DNA of 64,000 bases from Candidatus Hydrogenedentota bacterium. Lineage in GTDB: Bacteria > Hydrogenedentota > Hydrogenedentia > Hydrogenedentales > JAEUWI01. The stretch spans positions 96,001 to 160,000 of the forward strand of contig JAXMOL010000006.1 of the NCBI GenBank assembly GCA_034669905.1, given 5' to 3'. How positions within the stretch are numbered: position 1 is the stretch's first letter; the number at the start of each line of letters is the position of its first letter. A model generated the notes under the pieces. The model did no database searches, was not told the origin of the DNA, and saw only the letters and a program-made list of their open reading frames with translations. The position numbers were made by a program, and so were the translations under genes. Of the stretch, positions 1 to 10,255 are shown piece by piece.

Positions 1-2591
1 TCTGCGTCGGGGTCGATTATCAGATTCAGGTGGCCCAGCCCCTTTCCGTGGGCACCCGCGAAGTCCGCCGGGTAGGGCGTGTCTACGCCCTTGATGGCGT
101 GCCAGATGATGCGGTTGAAGGTGTCTTCGTCGGCGGCATCCACGTGGGTCAGGTCCTGAGCGAGGCTGGCGAGGGCCCAGCGTTTCTGGTCGTCGTTCAG
201 ACTGGTAAGTTCGGGGTTCAGCCGGTCCAGCGGAACCGTATTGGGTCGGGCCGCATAGGGCGTGAAATCGGGCTTTTCCGTGAAGCAATCGCTCATGAGG
301 GGCGACATGGCGTCCCGCTGGTTGAGTGGCGGGATGCCCAGCATGCGGGCCATGGTGTGGAGCACCGAGGTCTGGTTATAGAAATGGCGCACCACCGCCT
401 GGCGCCGGGTGTAGGGACTGACCACGAAGCAAATGGAGCGGTGACCGTCCACATGGTCGAAGCCATTCTGCGGGTCGTCTTCGATGACGAAGATACACAT
501 CTTCGGCCAGAAAGGACTCTTGCTCAGGCCCTCGATGATTTGGCCCAAGGCCAGGTCATTGTCGGCCATGTGGGCCTCGGGCGTGGGTTGGCCGGGCTTG
601 GTGCCGGAGGTGTGATCCTGGGGGAGGTAGACGAGGGTCATGTTGGGGAAGGTGCCCTGCTCGGAAAAGTCGTCGAGTTCCGCCAGGAAGCGCTCGGCAC
701 GGAGCACATCGGGGATACGCATGTTCCAACCCGGGAAGTCGGGCGCGGTGAATTGCTGAAGTCGCCCGATTCCGATCTTCTGTTTAAAGGTGACGGCCTC
801 GCCCCCCGCCCGGAAGTTTTCGTAGACCTCGGTGAAGGTGGCCTCGGCAGGGACCGTCTCAGCGTAATCCATCTCGCCGTAGTTGCGGAAAGAGAGGCCG
901 TGGGCGAGGACGTTGTCCCAGATGAAACCCGAAGAGGAATAGCTCAGGGCGTCGTCGCCCCAGGTATAGCTGCGGGTAAAACCGCCGAAGGACTTCTCCA
1001 GATAATCGGTTACATTGCCTTCCGTCACCCAGGCATGGCCGTCGGCCGAGTTCACGCCGTTGCAGTAAAAATTGTCGAGGAGCACAAACTCCTCGGCGAG
1101 GGCATAGTGGTTGGGGGCCACGTCCCGCCCGTAGAGGCAAAGGCTGGGGTCGCCGTTGCCCTGGGGAAGCTCGCCGAGGACCTGGTCGTAGGTGCGGTTT
1201 TCTTTCACGATGTAAACCACGTGATCAAAGACGGAGGCTTCGCCGAGATTCTCGGGCACGGGCACCGGGTTGGTGGTGCGATGACTCCGTTCCCAGGCGG
1301 TCAGCACCTGGGGCGTGTTGCCCTGTCGGTGGACCGCTGCCGTGTGGCGGTCGAGTTGGTCAAGGGCGCTTTCCGGGATGCGGTTGATGGTCCCGAGGAA
1401 ATCGTAGACGCTGCGTCCGTCGTTTTCAGGTTTGTCCTTGCGCGAGCCCAGTCCCTTTACGTTGGCCACGTATAGGTTGCCGTCGTGCCAGTCCAGTCCG
1501 GCCGGATACCACGCCGTGGGGAGGAAGCCCGTGACCCGATAGGCATTCGGATCTTCCAGCGAGACGACCGCGATGGCGTTGTTGCCGCCATTGGCGACGA
1601 AGAGCCGGGATTCGTCGGCATTCAGCGCCAAGCCATTGGGCGCACTGCCGAAGGGTAGCTTGGGGTCGGGGCGCACCCCCAGTTCCTGAAGCACCGTGTG
1701 GGTCGTCGTGTCAATCACCGAGACCGTATCCGAGTTGGCATTGGCGACGAAGAGGCGGCTTCCGTCGCGGTTGAGCAGCAGGTCGGTGGGGTGGAGGCCC
1801 GTCGTGATTTCGGCTATCGTCTCACCCGAAGCCAGATCGATGGAGGATACCGTCCCCGAGGCTCCGATACCCCGGTCATCCACCACGACCTCCGTGCCGG
1901 AGGAGTCGGCGGTTTGGTCTTCCGGTGCAGGCCGTCGTCCGCCCCAATTGGATACCCACGCCGTGGCGCCGTCCGCTGAAAGGACCACGTCGTAGGGCGC
2001 GATGCCGGTGGGAATCGTTTCCTCCACCGTAGGAGTAGTCAGGTCGATTTTCGCCAGGGCGTTGTTGCGCGAAAGGGTGACCCACGCGTGGGTGCCGTTG
2101 GGAGTCAGCGCAATGCCCGTGGGGTGGGAGGCGTCGGTGCCTTTGGGGCCAGGCAACGCGACCGTATCCTCCCACGACAGGGTGCCGTCGTCTGCGATAG
2201 CGCCCACCATGAAATGGTGCTGGGCGGTGGTGGCGTAGAGCCGGGTTCCTGCTCCGTTGAGAGCAATTCCATGCTGCGAACCGCCCCGGTCTTTCCCGAA
2301 GGGCAGTTCCTGCACCACCTTCCACGTGTTTCCATCAATGACCACGATGCCCCGATTGTCCTTGGCATAGAGAAAGCGCCCGTCGGGTCCCACCGTCACG
2401 TCGACGGGCCTGCCCCCGAAGGAGACCAAATCACCGGCGGCATCGATGCGCTGGCCATCGGGTAAGAGGAGGCCGGTGCGGTCTTGGGTGGCGACCTGGG
2501 ACGGGGTATGCATACAGCCCACCAAGAGTAACGCGACGAAGGGGCGGGTGAGGTGCTTCAGGAGACGATGTAGTGGTGGCTGCATGGGCAT
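1..2591 (-). CDS. YncE/YVTN beta-propeller plus alkaline-phosphatase-superfamily phosphoesterase lipoprotein (3' end runs off the window)
   Basis: Absent from the ORF track because it has no stop in the window. I translated both ends and internal segments by hand: MPMQPPLHRLLKHLTRPFVALLLVGC (lipobox), propeller-like repeats, and IVKENRTYDQVLG...LLDNFY...SADGH, typical of this family. Confidence 0.8.
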   Translation of the reverse strand, partial: MPMQPPLHRLLKHLTRPFVALLLVGCMHTPSQVATQDRTGLLLPDGQRIDAAGDLVSFGGRPVDVTVGPDGRFLYAKDNRGIVVIDGNTWKVVQELPFGKDRGGSQHGIALNGAGTRLYATTAQHHFMVGAIADDGTLSWEDTVALPGPKGTDASHPTGIALTPNGTHAWVTLSRNNALAKIDLTTPTVEETIPTGIAPYDVVLSADGATAWVSNWGGRRPAPEDQTADSSGTEVVVDDRGIGASGTVSSIDLASGETIAEITTGLHPTDLLLNRDGSRLFVANANSDTVSVIDTTTHTVLQELGVRPDPKLPFGSAPNGLALNADESRLFVANGGNNAIAVVSLEDPNAYRVTGFLPTAWYPAGLDWHDGNLYVANVKGLGSRKDKPENDGRSVYDFLGTINRIPESALDQLDRHTAAVHRQGNTPQVLTAWERSHRTTNPVPVPENLGEASVFDHVVYIVKENRTYDQVLGELPQGNGDPSLCLYGRDVAPNHYALAEEFVLLDNFYCNGVNSADGHAWVTEGNVTDYLEKSFGGFTRSYTWGDDALSYSSSGFIWDNVLAHGLSFRNYGEMDYAETVPAEATFTEVYENFRAGGEAVTFKQKIGIGRLQQFTAPDFPGWNMRIPDVLRAERFLAELDDFSEQGTFPNMTLVYLPQDHTSGTKPGQPTPEAHMADNDLALGQIIEGLSKSPFWPKMCIFVIEDDPQNGFDHVDGHRSICFVVSPYTRRQAVVRHFYNQTSVLHTMARMLGIPPLNQRDAMSPLMSDCFTEKPDFTPYAARPNTVPLDRLNPELTSLNDDQKRWALASLAQDLTHVDAADEDTFNRIIWHAIKGVDTPYPADFAGAHGKGLGHLNLIIDPDA

Positions 2592-2736
2592 CACTTTCCA
2601 GTTTCTATTGGGTATTCACACGGTCCTCGAGCGCCAGGCCATCGCTTTTGACTGCCCCTATGCATAGCCCGTATGATCGGGGATTCGCACGTATCTCACA
2701 GGCCCTCAGCCTAACATCATTCAGAAAGCCAGTACC

Positions 2737-4017
2737 ATGAAGCTACTCGTCGAAGGTGCGCCCCTGCGCGGCACCGTAGAGATTCCCGGTTCCAAGTCCC
2801 ACAGCATTCGTGCCGTGGCCATCGCGTCCCTCGCGCCGGGAGAAAGTCTCATCCGTCAGCCCCTGGATTCGGCGGACGCACGGGCCGCCTTCCGGGCCTA
2901 CAAGGCCTTTGGTGCGACGATTGAAGACGAGGGTGATTGCTGGCGGGTTCAGGGTACGGGGGGCAACCTCAAGGTTCCTGACGGCGTCATTGATGTGGCC
3001 AATTCGGGCACGACCATGCGCATCGCCCTGGGGAGCGCGGCCCTGCTAAAAGACGGTATGACCGTGCTCACGGGTGACAAGCAAGTTAACGCTCGGCCCT
3101 GTGGCCCCCTCGCCCAATCCCTCAATGACCTGGGTGCCACGGTCCGCTCTACCCGGGGCAATGGCAATCCGCCCTTTGTGGTGGAGGGCCTCCTGCGCGG
3201 TGGCAAGACCTCCATCGAGGCCGTCACGAGTCAGTATGTGAGCGCCATCCTGGTGAACGCGCCCCTGGCCGAGCACGACACCCATATGGTGGTGCCTTTG
3301 CTCAACGAAAAACCCTATGTGGGCATTACCCTGGATTGGCTGGAACGTCAGGGCATTACCATTAACGCCGCCGACGATTGGAGTGAATTCCACATTCCCG
3401 GTGGGCAGACCTATGCCCCCGTGGACCGCCGCATTCCGGGCGACTTCTCGTCGGCCACCTTCTTCCTGGCGGCGGGTGCCCTGCAGGACAACGAAATTTA
3501 CTCGTCCGGCCTCGACATGTCCGACACCCAGGGGGACAAGGCCGTGGTGGACTACCTCCGGGAAATGGGTGCCGATATACGGATTGACGACGAAGGTATC
3601 AATGTGCGCGCCGATGGCCTGACCGGTTGTGAAATCGATTTGAACGCCACGCCCGATGCCCTGCCGATGATGGCGGTCATGGGCTGCTTCGCCAAGGGAA
3701 CGACCCGCCTGGTCAACGTGCCCCAGGCCCGCCTGAAAGAGACGGACCGCATTGCCGTTATGTGCCAGGAATTGACGAAGATGGGCGCCAACATTACCGA
3801 GTTGCCCGACGGCCTCGTAATTGAAGAAAGTGCCCTGCAGCCTGCCGTTGTGGAAGGGCACGATGACCACCGTGTGGTCATGTCCCTCGCCATTGCCGGT
3901 GCCATGCTGCCCGGCACGACGACGATCAACGGTTACGAAGCGGTGAATATTACCTTCCCCGACTTCAGCGCGGCCATGCAGGGTCTCGGCGGAAAGACGC
4001 GTATCATCGAAGACTGA
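2737..4017 (+). CDS. aroA: 3-phosphoshikimate 1-carboxyvinyltransferase (EPSP synthase)
   Basis: PGSKSHSIR, NSGTTMR, SQYVSA, PGDFSSA, RLKETDRI and DDHRVVM motifs. Confidence 0.96.
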   Translation: MKLLVEGAPLRGTVEIPGSKSHSIRAVAIASLAPGESLIRQPLDSADARAAFRAYKAFGATIEDEGDCWRVQGTGGNLKVPDGVIDVANSGTTMRIALGSAALLKDGMTVLTGDKQVNARPCGPLAQSLNDLGATVRSTRGNGNPPFVVEGLLRGGKTSIEAVTSQYVSAILVNAPLAEHDTHMVVPLLNEKPYVGITLDWLERQGITINAADDWSEFHIPGGQTYAPVDRRIPGDFSSATFFLAAGALQDNEIYSSGLDMSDTQGDKAVVDYLREMGADIRIDDEGINVRADGLTGCEIDLNATPDALPMMAVMGCFAKGTTRLVNVPQARLKETDRIAVMCQELTKMGANITELPDGLVIEESALQPAVVEGHDDHRVVMSLAIAGAMLPGTTTINGYEAVNITFPDFSAAMQGLGGKTRIIED

Positions 4018-4067
4018 CCAGAGTTCGATAGGCGGGTCGTTCGGGGGGTGGGCGCGCGAGAAAGGGA

Positions 4068-5327
4068 ATGTCCATGGAATGGCGTTACTTTGATTTCGAA
4101 CGTGATCAAGCGGTCGCCGCCCGGATCTGGCACGAAATCGGTTGGCTCAATCAAAAAGATGCCCCTTCCCGCGAAGGTATGGCCGCCTACACCCAGTCCG
4201 GCCCGGGCTATGTGGCCCTGGTCCATGGCGACCCCGGCTGCTTTGTCTTTCGCTGTGACGGTTCGATTCGTCATCGGAATGATGATTTGCCGTTGGCGGC
4301 CATTACCGGTGTCGCCACGGCGCGCAACGGACGCAAGCAGGGGCTGGCCCTCGAGCTGACCGCCCGTGCGCTGGCGGAGGCCGCTGATGAAGGCGCAGCC
4401 GTGGCGGGACTCAGTACCTTCGAGCAGGGCTTCTATGACCGTATTGGTTTTGGCACCTGCGCCTACAGCCATTTCTGGCGCTTTGATCCCGACCGATTGA
4501 CGGTGAGCGATAAGGTGCGCCCGACCCATATCCTTAGCACGGACCACGTGGACGCCATTCACGATGCCCGCCTGCAGCGTCGGCGGCCCCATGGCGCTGT
4601 CAGCCTGACTTCCGTCGGACAGACACGGTCCACCATTTTGCGCTCGGGGGATGGCTTTGGTCTCGGCTATTTTGACGAAGGCACCGAAACACCCAGCCAT
4701 TGCCTCTGGTGCACGCCCCAGGAAACCACGCGGGGTCCCTACAGCATCGAATTCATGGTCTGGAAAACCCGGGCCCAGTTCCTCGAGCTGATGGGCCTCA
4801 TCAAGCAATGGGGCGACCAGGTGCGGTTGGTGACCATGACCGAGCCCGCAGGCATCCAAATCCAGGACCTCATCGACCGCCCGACCCAGCACTTCTGGAG
4901 CACGGTCGGCGGGGAATACACCAGCTGGTGTCGCGCCCACGCGAACTTTCAATACCGCATCGTCGACCTGGCCACCTGTATCGCCGCGACCCACCTCACG
5001 GGCCCCGAGGTCGCCTTCAACCTCACGCTACACGACCCCATGTCGGAGCGGCCCCGCGATGGCGTGGGGCAAACGTCGGGCTATTGGAAGGGGCTCTCCG
5101 GGGACTATCGCATGCTTCTCGGCCCGGAAAGCCAGATAAAGGTCAGACACGAGGCCGCGTTGGAAACCCTGGAAGCCTCCGTGGGGGCCTTCACCCGCCT
5201 GTGGCTTGGCGTAGGTTCCGCCACGGCCCTTTCGATGACTGACCAGCTCTCCGGCCCGCCAGCCCTCCTGGAGGCCCTCGACGAAGCCCTGCGCCTGCCC
5301 ACGCCCCAGACCGATTGGTTTTATTGA
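4068..5327 (+). CDS. GNAT family N-acetyltransferase, Eis-like with C-terminal SCP2-like region
   Basis: AAITGVATARNGRKQGLA acetyl-CoA motif A, FYDRIGF, and a 419 aa length as in Eis. Confidence 0.75.
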   Translation: MSMEWRYFDFERDQAVAARIWHEIGWLNQKDAPSREGMAAYTQSGPGYVALVHGDPGCFVFRCDGSIRHRNDDLPLAAITGVATARNGRKQGLALELTARALAEAADEGAAVAGLSTFEQGFYDRIGFGTCAYSHFWRFDPDRLTVSDKVRPTHILSTDHVDAIHDARLQRRRPHGAVSLTSVGQTRSTILRSGDGFGLGYFDEGTETPSHCLWCTPQETTRGPYSIEFMVWKTRAQFLELMGLIKQWGDQVRLVTMTEPAGIQIQDLIDRPTQHFWSTVGGEYTSWCRAHANFQYRIVDLATCIAATHLTGPEVAFNLTLHDPMSERPRDGVGQTSGYWKGLSGDYRMLLGPESQIKVRHEAALETLEASVGAFTRLWLGVGSATALSMTDQLSGPPALLEALDEALRLPTPQTDWFY

Positions 5328-5363
5328 GCGGGGATTTAATGGAGTGCCGTCGCGACAAGCTTA

Positions 5364-5909
5364 CGGCGTGCACCCTATGGAGCGCCGCCGGCCCGGCGGC
5401 CCGGCGGCATGGGGGATGGGCAGATACGTCGCGTGGAGGAAGCATCCTGTCGTAATCCGTCACGACCCACCCTGTATTTCAGCCCGAAGGGCTATTACAG
5501 CTTAAAGCCCAGGGCAACGTCCTGGGAAAAAGGTTTGCGCGTCGAATACAGAGCCCTGAAAGGGCGGCGCAGCTGTGATGCCCTTTCAGGGCGAAGATTG
5601 TTGGGGGATGCTTTTTGTCCCTGGGCGTTGCCCAGGGCTGGAAGCTGTGTAGCCCCTTCGGGGCGATTGTTTGGCTGTCGAATTCCCGGCGGAGGGTTCT
5701 TCGAGTGCCTGACGTCCCTTCACCCTGCCCGTTGGTAGGGGTTGCTTCTATGAGAAACGATAGCGGCACGCCCCTATGGCGCGCCGCCGGCCCGGCGGCA
5801 TCGGGCTTGGGCAGATAGGTCGGGTGGGGAAGGATCGTGACAAGACCGTCTATGACCCCACCCTGCATTTCAGCATGAAAGGCTTTCGGCGCTTAAACCC
5901 CTGGGGAAA
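5364..5909. repeat. Mosaic REP/BIME-like intergenic cluster A
   Basis: Palindromes AGCCCGAAGGGCT, CCCAGGGCAACGTCCTGGG and GCCCTGAAAGGGC/GCCCTTTCAGGGC form an inverted doublet. The unit CCCTATGG(A/C)GCGCCGCCGGCCCGGCGGC occurs at ~5373 and ~5772. Near-identical copies lie at 13119-13866. Confidence 0.9.
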
Positions 5910-8312
5910 CTAAGGAGCCTGTTGTAACGCGATTTCGATATCCGCAATCTCCATTTCGTCGTAAACCCTACCCAGATCGACTTCGGCGGGGAGGTGACCC
6001 TCCGCTTCCACGCGCAAGGTCCATTTCCCCTGGCCGGGGAGGTCCACCGAAAAATGGCCACCCGCATCGGCGATATGATGGACGATGGGATTGCGCGGTA
6101 TACCCTCGGAAACCTGTATCGTGAGGATAAAGGCACCCAGGGGTGCGCCGTCCGCGCCAGTCACGGTTCCAGATACCTGAGGCGCGCCAATCATGACCAC
6201 GACGACGCCCGTCTCGCCCGCCGCTACCTTGGCGTCTTCCGAGCGTGCGTAGCCCGCTGCGTTGGCGCTGACAGAATAGGTGCCTGCGGGCAACTCCTCG
6301 AAGAGGAATTCGCCGCCTTCGCCAGCCGTGGTCATGGCAGGGGGGGAGATGCCCTGGCCGCTGTCTAAGCCTGCACGCACGTGGGCACCGGCTATTCGAT
6401 TCCCCTCCGTATCCTCCACCACCCCGCTCAGCTCCAGGAGTTCGCCCTGGTCGTAGACGAGCGAGAGCCCGAGAACGGATTCCCCCGGACTCACCGCAAC
6501 GGTCCGTGCCTGCTGGCGTGCGTTGGAGCGCGGCACCAGCTCGATCGTATAGGTGCCCGCGCACACGTTGGGCAACACAAAATATCCCCCGCCATCTGTT
6601 TCACCCACGGGCCACATCACGGGGAACTGGAGTGACTCTTCCGTGGCCAAGGCCATGACCTTACAGGAAAAAGGTTCGCCGCTCCGGTTCACGACCCGTC
6701 CGGCGATGACACCGCTGCAGTCCAGCGCGAGGCTAAGCGTGATGTCGTCGCTCCCCGGTGCGCCGACTACGAAGGGCCCCACCAGCCCGCTCCGCGATGC
6801 GGGAGTCTCCGCCACCAGATGGATGGCCTCACCCTCGCTATAATCGCCGAAGTAAAAACGACCATCCGCCTGCGTATAAAACTCCGCCAGGTTTTGGCGT
6901 CCCTCGACGGCATTCGAGCGGACCGTCGCCCCCTCCACCGGATTGCCCGCATCGTCTAACACGATACCCGCCAGTGTGGCACCCGCCGTCAGGGTGAAGT
7001 CCACGCCTTCCGAAACCTGGCCCGCCGCCAACGCAACCGTTTCCCGTTGCCTTATGGGTGGGTCCTGTGGATAACCGGGTACGCGGTTGGGCGGCGATAC
7101 CGTGTAGGTGCCCTGCGGCAGTCCGGACAGCACATAGGCCCCGTCCTCATTCGTCGCCGAGGAGGCGTAGGAGTGGTCCCGCGTCTGCTCCCACGCCCGG
7201 ATCACCCTATCGGGTATGCCTGCACCGGTCGCTCCGTCGAGGAGGTGCCCGCGGATTTCTCCCCCTTCCATCACGTGGAGGGTGACCCGATCAGGCTTTC
7301 GTGACGGATCGATGGTCAATTCAATGGGCGGACCTGCCAGGGCATAGTGCGGGTCCTCGATATCCAACACGTAGCGCCCCGCACCCACCGCCGTAAAGGT
7401 GGCCAGGCCTTCCCCGTCGGAGATAAGGCGTGCGGGCGTCAGGTCTTCTGCTTTATATGCAAGGGTCACCGCGATACCGGCGACGGGTGAGCCATCCGCT
7501 TGACGGACGACCTGGCAGGGGAGCGCCGCCCCTTCGGAAAGCACAATGCGGGCATTGTCGATACCGGTGGGCAGGGGCGCGGTAATCACCGACCCATAGC
7601 CCGCCGCCGAAGCGTGGAGCGTCCATTCCCCCGGCTCCAGGCTCCGGAGTTGAAAGGTGCCGGTGTCATCCGACAGCACCGCGCCGCCTTCGCTCTTATA
7701 TCCCCAAATGCCCCGGCCATTCCGGGCCAGGCGCATGATTTTTGCCCCGCCAATGCCCTTCCCGTCGCGTCCCACCACCTTGCCGCCCAATGACATGCCG
7801 CCCTGGAGCACCAGGGTGATCTCGTGGAGAGGGTGATCCGCCGTCACCTGGCGACGCGTTGTTACGTGTCCCGTCTCATGATCCGCCGAGATATAAAGCT
7901 CGCCCCGGGGCAAGGCCCCTATTTCGAAATGGCCCGCCTCGTCCGTCCACGCCGGCCCCGTGCCCGGTGCGGAAAGTTCGGCATCACTATCCTCCAGAGG
8001 TGCCTGTCGAACGCTCCTCTTCCAGGTATAGCGCACCTCGGCACCGGCTGCCGGGTGTCCGTCTGGCTGTATGACCTGTCCGCGGAGCATTCCCACGTGA
8101 CTCGCATTTGGGAGTTCCGTTGCGGGTTCGGGCGCGGGCAATTCAACCGTGGTCTCCGCGATGACCGGCACCGACGCTGGAGCTGCCTGCCGTTCCTCCA
8201 TGGAGTTTGCATCACTTGGCTTTTCAGGCGATACCACCGGCGCGCGCAACACGACGACCAAGATCATCGCAACCCCGATCACGGCCATTCCACTCAGAAC
8301 CCACTTCCGCAT
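5910..8312 (-). CDS. Membrane-anchored carboxypeptidase-regulatory-like (transthyretin/Cna-B-like) repeat protein
   Basis: N-terminal TM, then about 7 repeats of GxVxxxxGxPxxGAxV...TDxxGxF...LxxGxY. Confidence 0.85.
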   Translation of the reverse strand: MRKWVLSGMAVIGVAMILVVVLRAPVVSPEKPSDANSMEERQAAPASVPVIAETTVELPAPEPATELPNASHVGMLRGQVIQPDGHPAAGAEVRYTWKRSVRQAPLEDSDAELSAPGTGPAWTDEAGHFEIGALPRGELYISADHETGHVTTRRQVTADHPLHEITLVLQGGMSLGGKVVGRDGKGIGGAKIMRLARNGRGIWGYKSEGGAVLSDDTGTFQLRSLEPGEWTLHASAAGYGSVITAPLPTGIDNARIVLSEGAALPCQVVRQADGSPVAGIAVTLAYKAEDLTPARLISDGEGLATFTAVGAGRYVLDIEDPHYALAGPPIELTIDPSRKPDRVTLHVMEGGEIRGHLLDGATGAGIPDRVIRAWEQTRDHSYASSATNEDGAYVLSGLPQGTYTVSPPNRVPGYPQDPPIRQRETVALAAGQVSEGVDFTLTAGATLAGIVLDDAGNPVEGATVRSNAVEGRQNLAEFYTQADGRFYFGDYSEGEAIHLVAETPASRSGLVGPFVVGAPGSDDITLSLALDCSGVIAGRVVNRSGEPFSCKVMALATEESLQFPVMWPVGETDGGGYFVLPNVCAGTYTIELVPRSNARQQARTVAVSPGESVLGLSLVYDQGELLELSGVVEDTEGNRIAGAHVRAGLDSGQGISPPAMTTAGEGGEFLFEELPAGTYSVSANAAGYARSEDAKVAAGETGVVVVMIGAPQVSGTVTGADGAPLGAFILTIQVSEGIPRNPIVHHIADAGGHFSVDLPGQGKWTLRVEAEGHLPAEVDLGRVYDEMEIADIEIALQQAP

Positions 8313-8653
8313 CGTTTATCTCCCAAGGGAACCCTTTTACGCCAAGATGGCGCGACGAGGGCTTCGCCCACAAGCCAATTGACATCAGTTGAAAAATTGC
8401 ATTTCATGTCTTCGTCGTGAAGTGTCTTGGTTCTTTGCGTCTTTGCGTGCAATCACGTTTTTGTTTGGTGCGCAAAAGGGACCCATTCTCCAAGGAGTAA
8501 GCTCTTATTGAAAAGTGCGTTATTCCTTGTTTTCCGTAGCGACTGGGCGGACCCTAGATACACGTTTCTTTTTAAATCATTTTCGAAATTCAAGGCACCA
8601 AAGACTTCGGCGCCATTCAGGGGCCATCCTCAAGCTCTCGGTGTCGCAGGTGG

Positions 8654-9664
8654 CTACAGATTCAGATTGGGCCCTACGCCGTAGATCTCAATGTCCATAC
8701 GTCGTGTTTCTTCTCCCGCCACCGCATTTACCCGGAGAACCGACTTGTAGTAGCTGCGCTCGGCCTCGGCCGAAAGGGACAAATGGAGGACAATCTCGCT
8801 GTCGCCTCCTCGCTCTTCCCGCCAGGTAACAGCTTGGCCCGCCTTGTGCTCGATAGACATAATTTGTAGCGGTTCCTCATACGGCGATACGATACGGACC
8901 GTTCCTGTGGCAGGTTTTCCTGGTTGGACCAAGCCCAGGGTTACTTCGTCCGGATCGGCGAGTATCGGAAAGGAAACCATCGCAAAAATGTTCACGTGTT
9001 TCTCCGGTACCAACGGATCGTTCGTGTGCATAATAACGCTTTCCGATAGGGGTCCGTAGGGCACATCCTCTCGCAGGGCAATGGAGATGGCGTGTGCACC
9101 GTCACCGGGACGGACATCGACACGCAACTTCTTCTCATTGAAATGCACCTCGGAAATTTCCAAGGCCAGACCAGGAGGCCAGTTAAGTGTTAAGTCATTC
9201 CGGGCCGTATCGCCGCGCAACACCGTCCCCAGTTGCAGCGGCTTTAATTCGTCGCTCGCCACAAAGCCCTGTAGGGTGTAGCTGCGCGGCTCGCCCACGC
9301 TGAACGACACCCTCACCGACTGGGAGAGCTTGCCCGACCTCCCTTTCGTGTTGAGCGTGACGGGCATCTGGACGGACTCGCCCGGCGCTATGACCTTACT
9401 CTCCACGCCCGCAACCGTACACCCGCAGGTGGTCTGAACCTGCTCCAGGCTGACAGGCTCCTGCCCGGGATTGTCCAGCAGGAAGGTGTGTCGAATGACT
9501 TTGCCTGCCCGCACCGTGCCAAAGTCGTAGATGCGATCCGCCGAGGCTATCGCGGCCACCTCTTGCGTTAGGGTATTCCTGAAGGCCAAACTCCCACCAA
9601 TCCCGGCAAGCAAGGTAACTACGAAGAGAATCGGCCATAGAATTATTCGAAAGCGACCAAACAT
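8654..9664 (-). CDS. DUF1573 (Ig/PapD-like) domain protein with further Ig-like domains
   Basis: N-terminal TM, then YDFGTV...HTFLLDNPGQEPV...VQTTCGCT...IAPGES, the DUF1573 signature. Confidence 0.85.
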   Translation of the reverse strand: MFGRFRIILWPILFVVTLLAGIGGSLAFRNTLTQEVAAIASADRIYDFGTVRAGKVIRHTFLLDNPGQEPVSLEQVQTTCGCTVAGVESKVIAPGESVQMPVTLNTKGRSGKLSQSVRVSFSVGEPRSYTLQGFVASDELKPLQLGTVLRGDTARNDLTLNWPPGLALEISEVHFNEKKLRVDVRPGDGAHAISIALREDVPYGPLSESVIMHTNDPLVPEKHVNIFAMVSFPILADPDEVTLGLVQPGKPATGTVRIVSPYEEPLQIMSIEHKAGQAVTWREERGGDSEIVLHLSLSAEAERSYYKSVLRVNAVAGEETRRMDIEIYGVGPNLNL

Positions 9665-9746
9665 GAATTGCCCCCTGAAGTTATAACATGGTTTTCGACC
9701 GATGAACAGGCCGATGGAGCGTCACGCCCCGCCGACCATGTACCAC

Positions 9747-10193
9747 TCAACCCGGACACGCATCCGCGAAGGCTCCCTGATCGAAGGCCGATATCCATTC
9801 TGGGTCGCCATCATTCTCACAAATGTAGAAATTGGAAGGAAAGGAGAGGTCCGGACATTCTGTTTGCAAATCTGACTTACATTTCTGCTGCAAGGTACAC
9901 ATTTCAGAACCGCTAACCTGGAAGGCTTCGTATCCGGCATGGCCGGTGTCCTCCTCCACGCGAAAACCCAACCAGACTCCAATCACGAGCGAGCTACAGT
10001 TGACTTTCTTGCTGCAGAGGTCACCGCACACGTCGTTGCTTACCGGTAGTTGTGCACATTCGATCTTCTGATAACATGTGGGAGCGGCAAGGACCGTTGG
10101 TGTATTTCCAAGCAAGGCACCACCGCCCAAGCCAGCCAAGCCCATCATCCACAGTCCCCAGCGCGCCATTTTCGTTTGCTTCGACTTGTTCAT
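9747..10193 (-). CDS. Small secreted cysteine-rich protein (10 Cys in the mature region)
   Basis: AAGGAG Shine-Dalgarno, basic N-terminus and hydrophobic stretch ending VLA|A, 10 Cys, co-oriented within the cluster. Confidence 0.75.
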   Translation of the reverse strand: MNKSKQTKMARWGLWMMGLAGLGGGALLGNTPTVLAAPTCYQKIECAQLPVSNDVCGDLCSKKVNCSSLVIGVWLGFRVEEDTGHAGYEAFQVSGSEMCTLQQKCKSDLQTECPDLSFPSNFYICENDGDPEWISAFDQGAFADACPG

Positions 10194-10255
10194 TTACATT
10201 CTCCTTGTATTGGTTCGCGTTGTTGCGTCGACTATGGTTTCGATGGTCCAGCACT

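Noticed and set aside
30..1475. 481 aa plus-strand ORF
   Set aside because: Antisense shadow of the minus-strand phosphoesterase gene, which carries the recognisable motifs.
5409..5868. ORFs in the repeat clusters (also 12943-14018 and 15445-15804) that resemble each other
   Set aside because: The similarity comes from non-coding palindromic repeats read in various frames.
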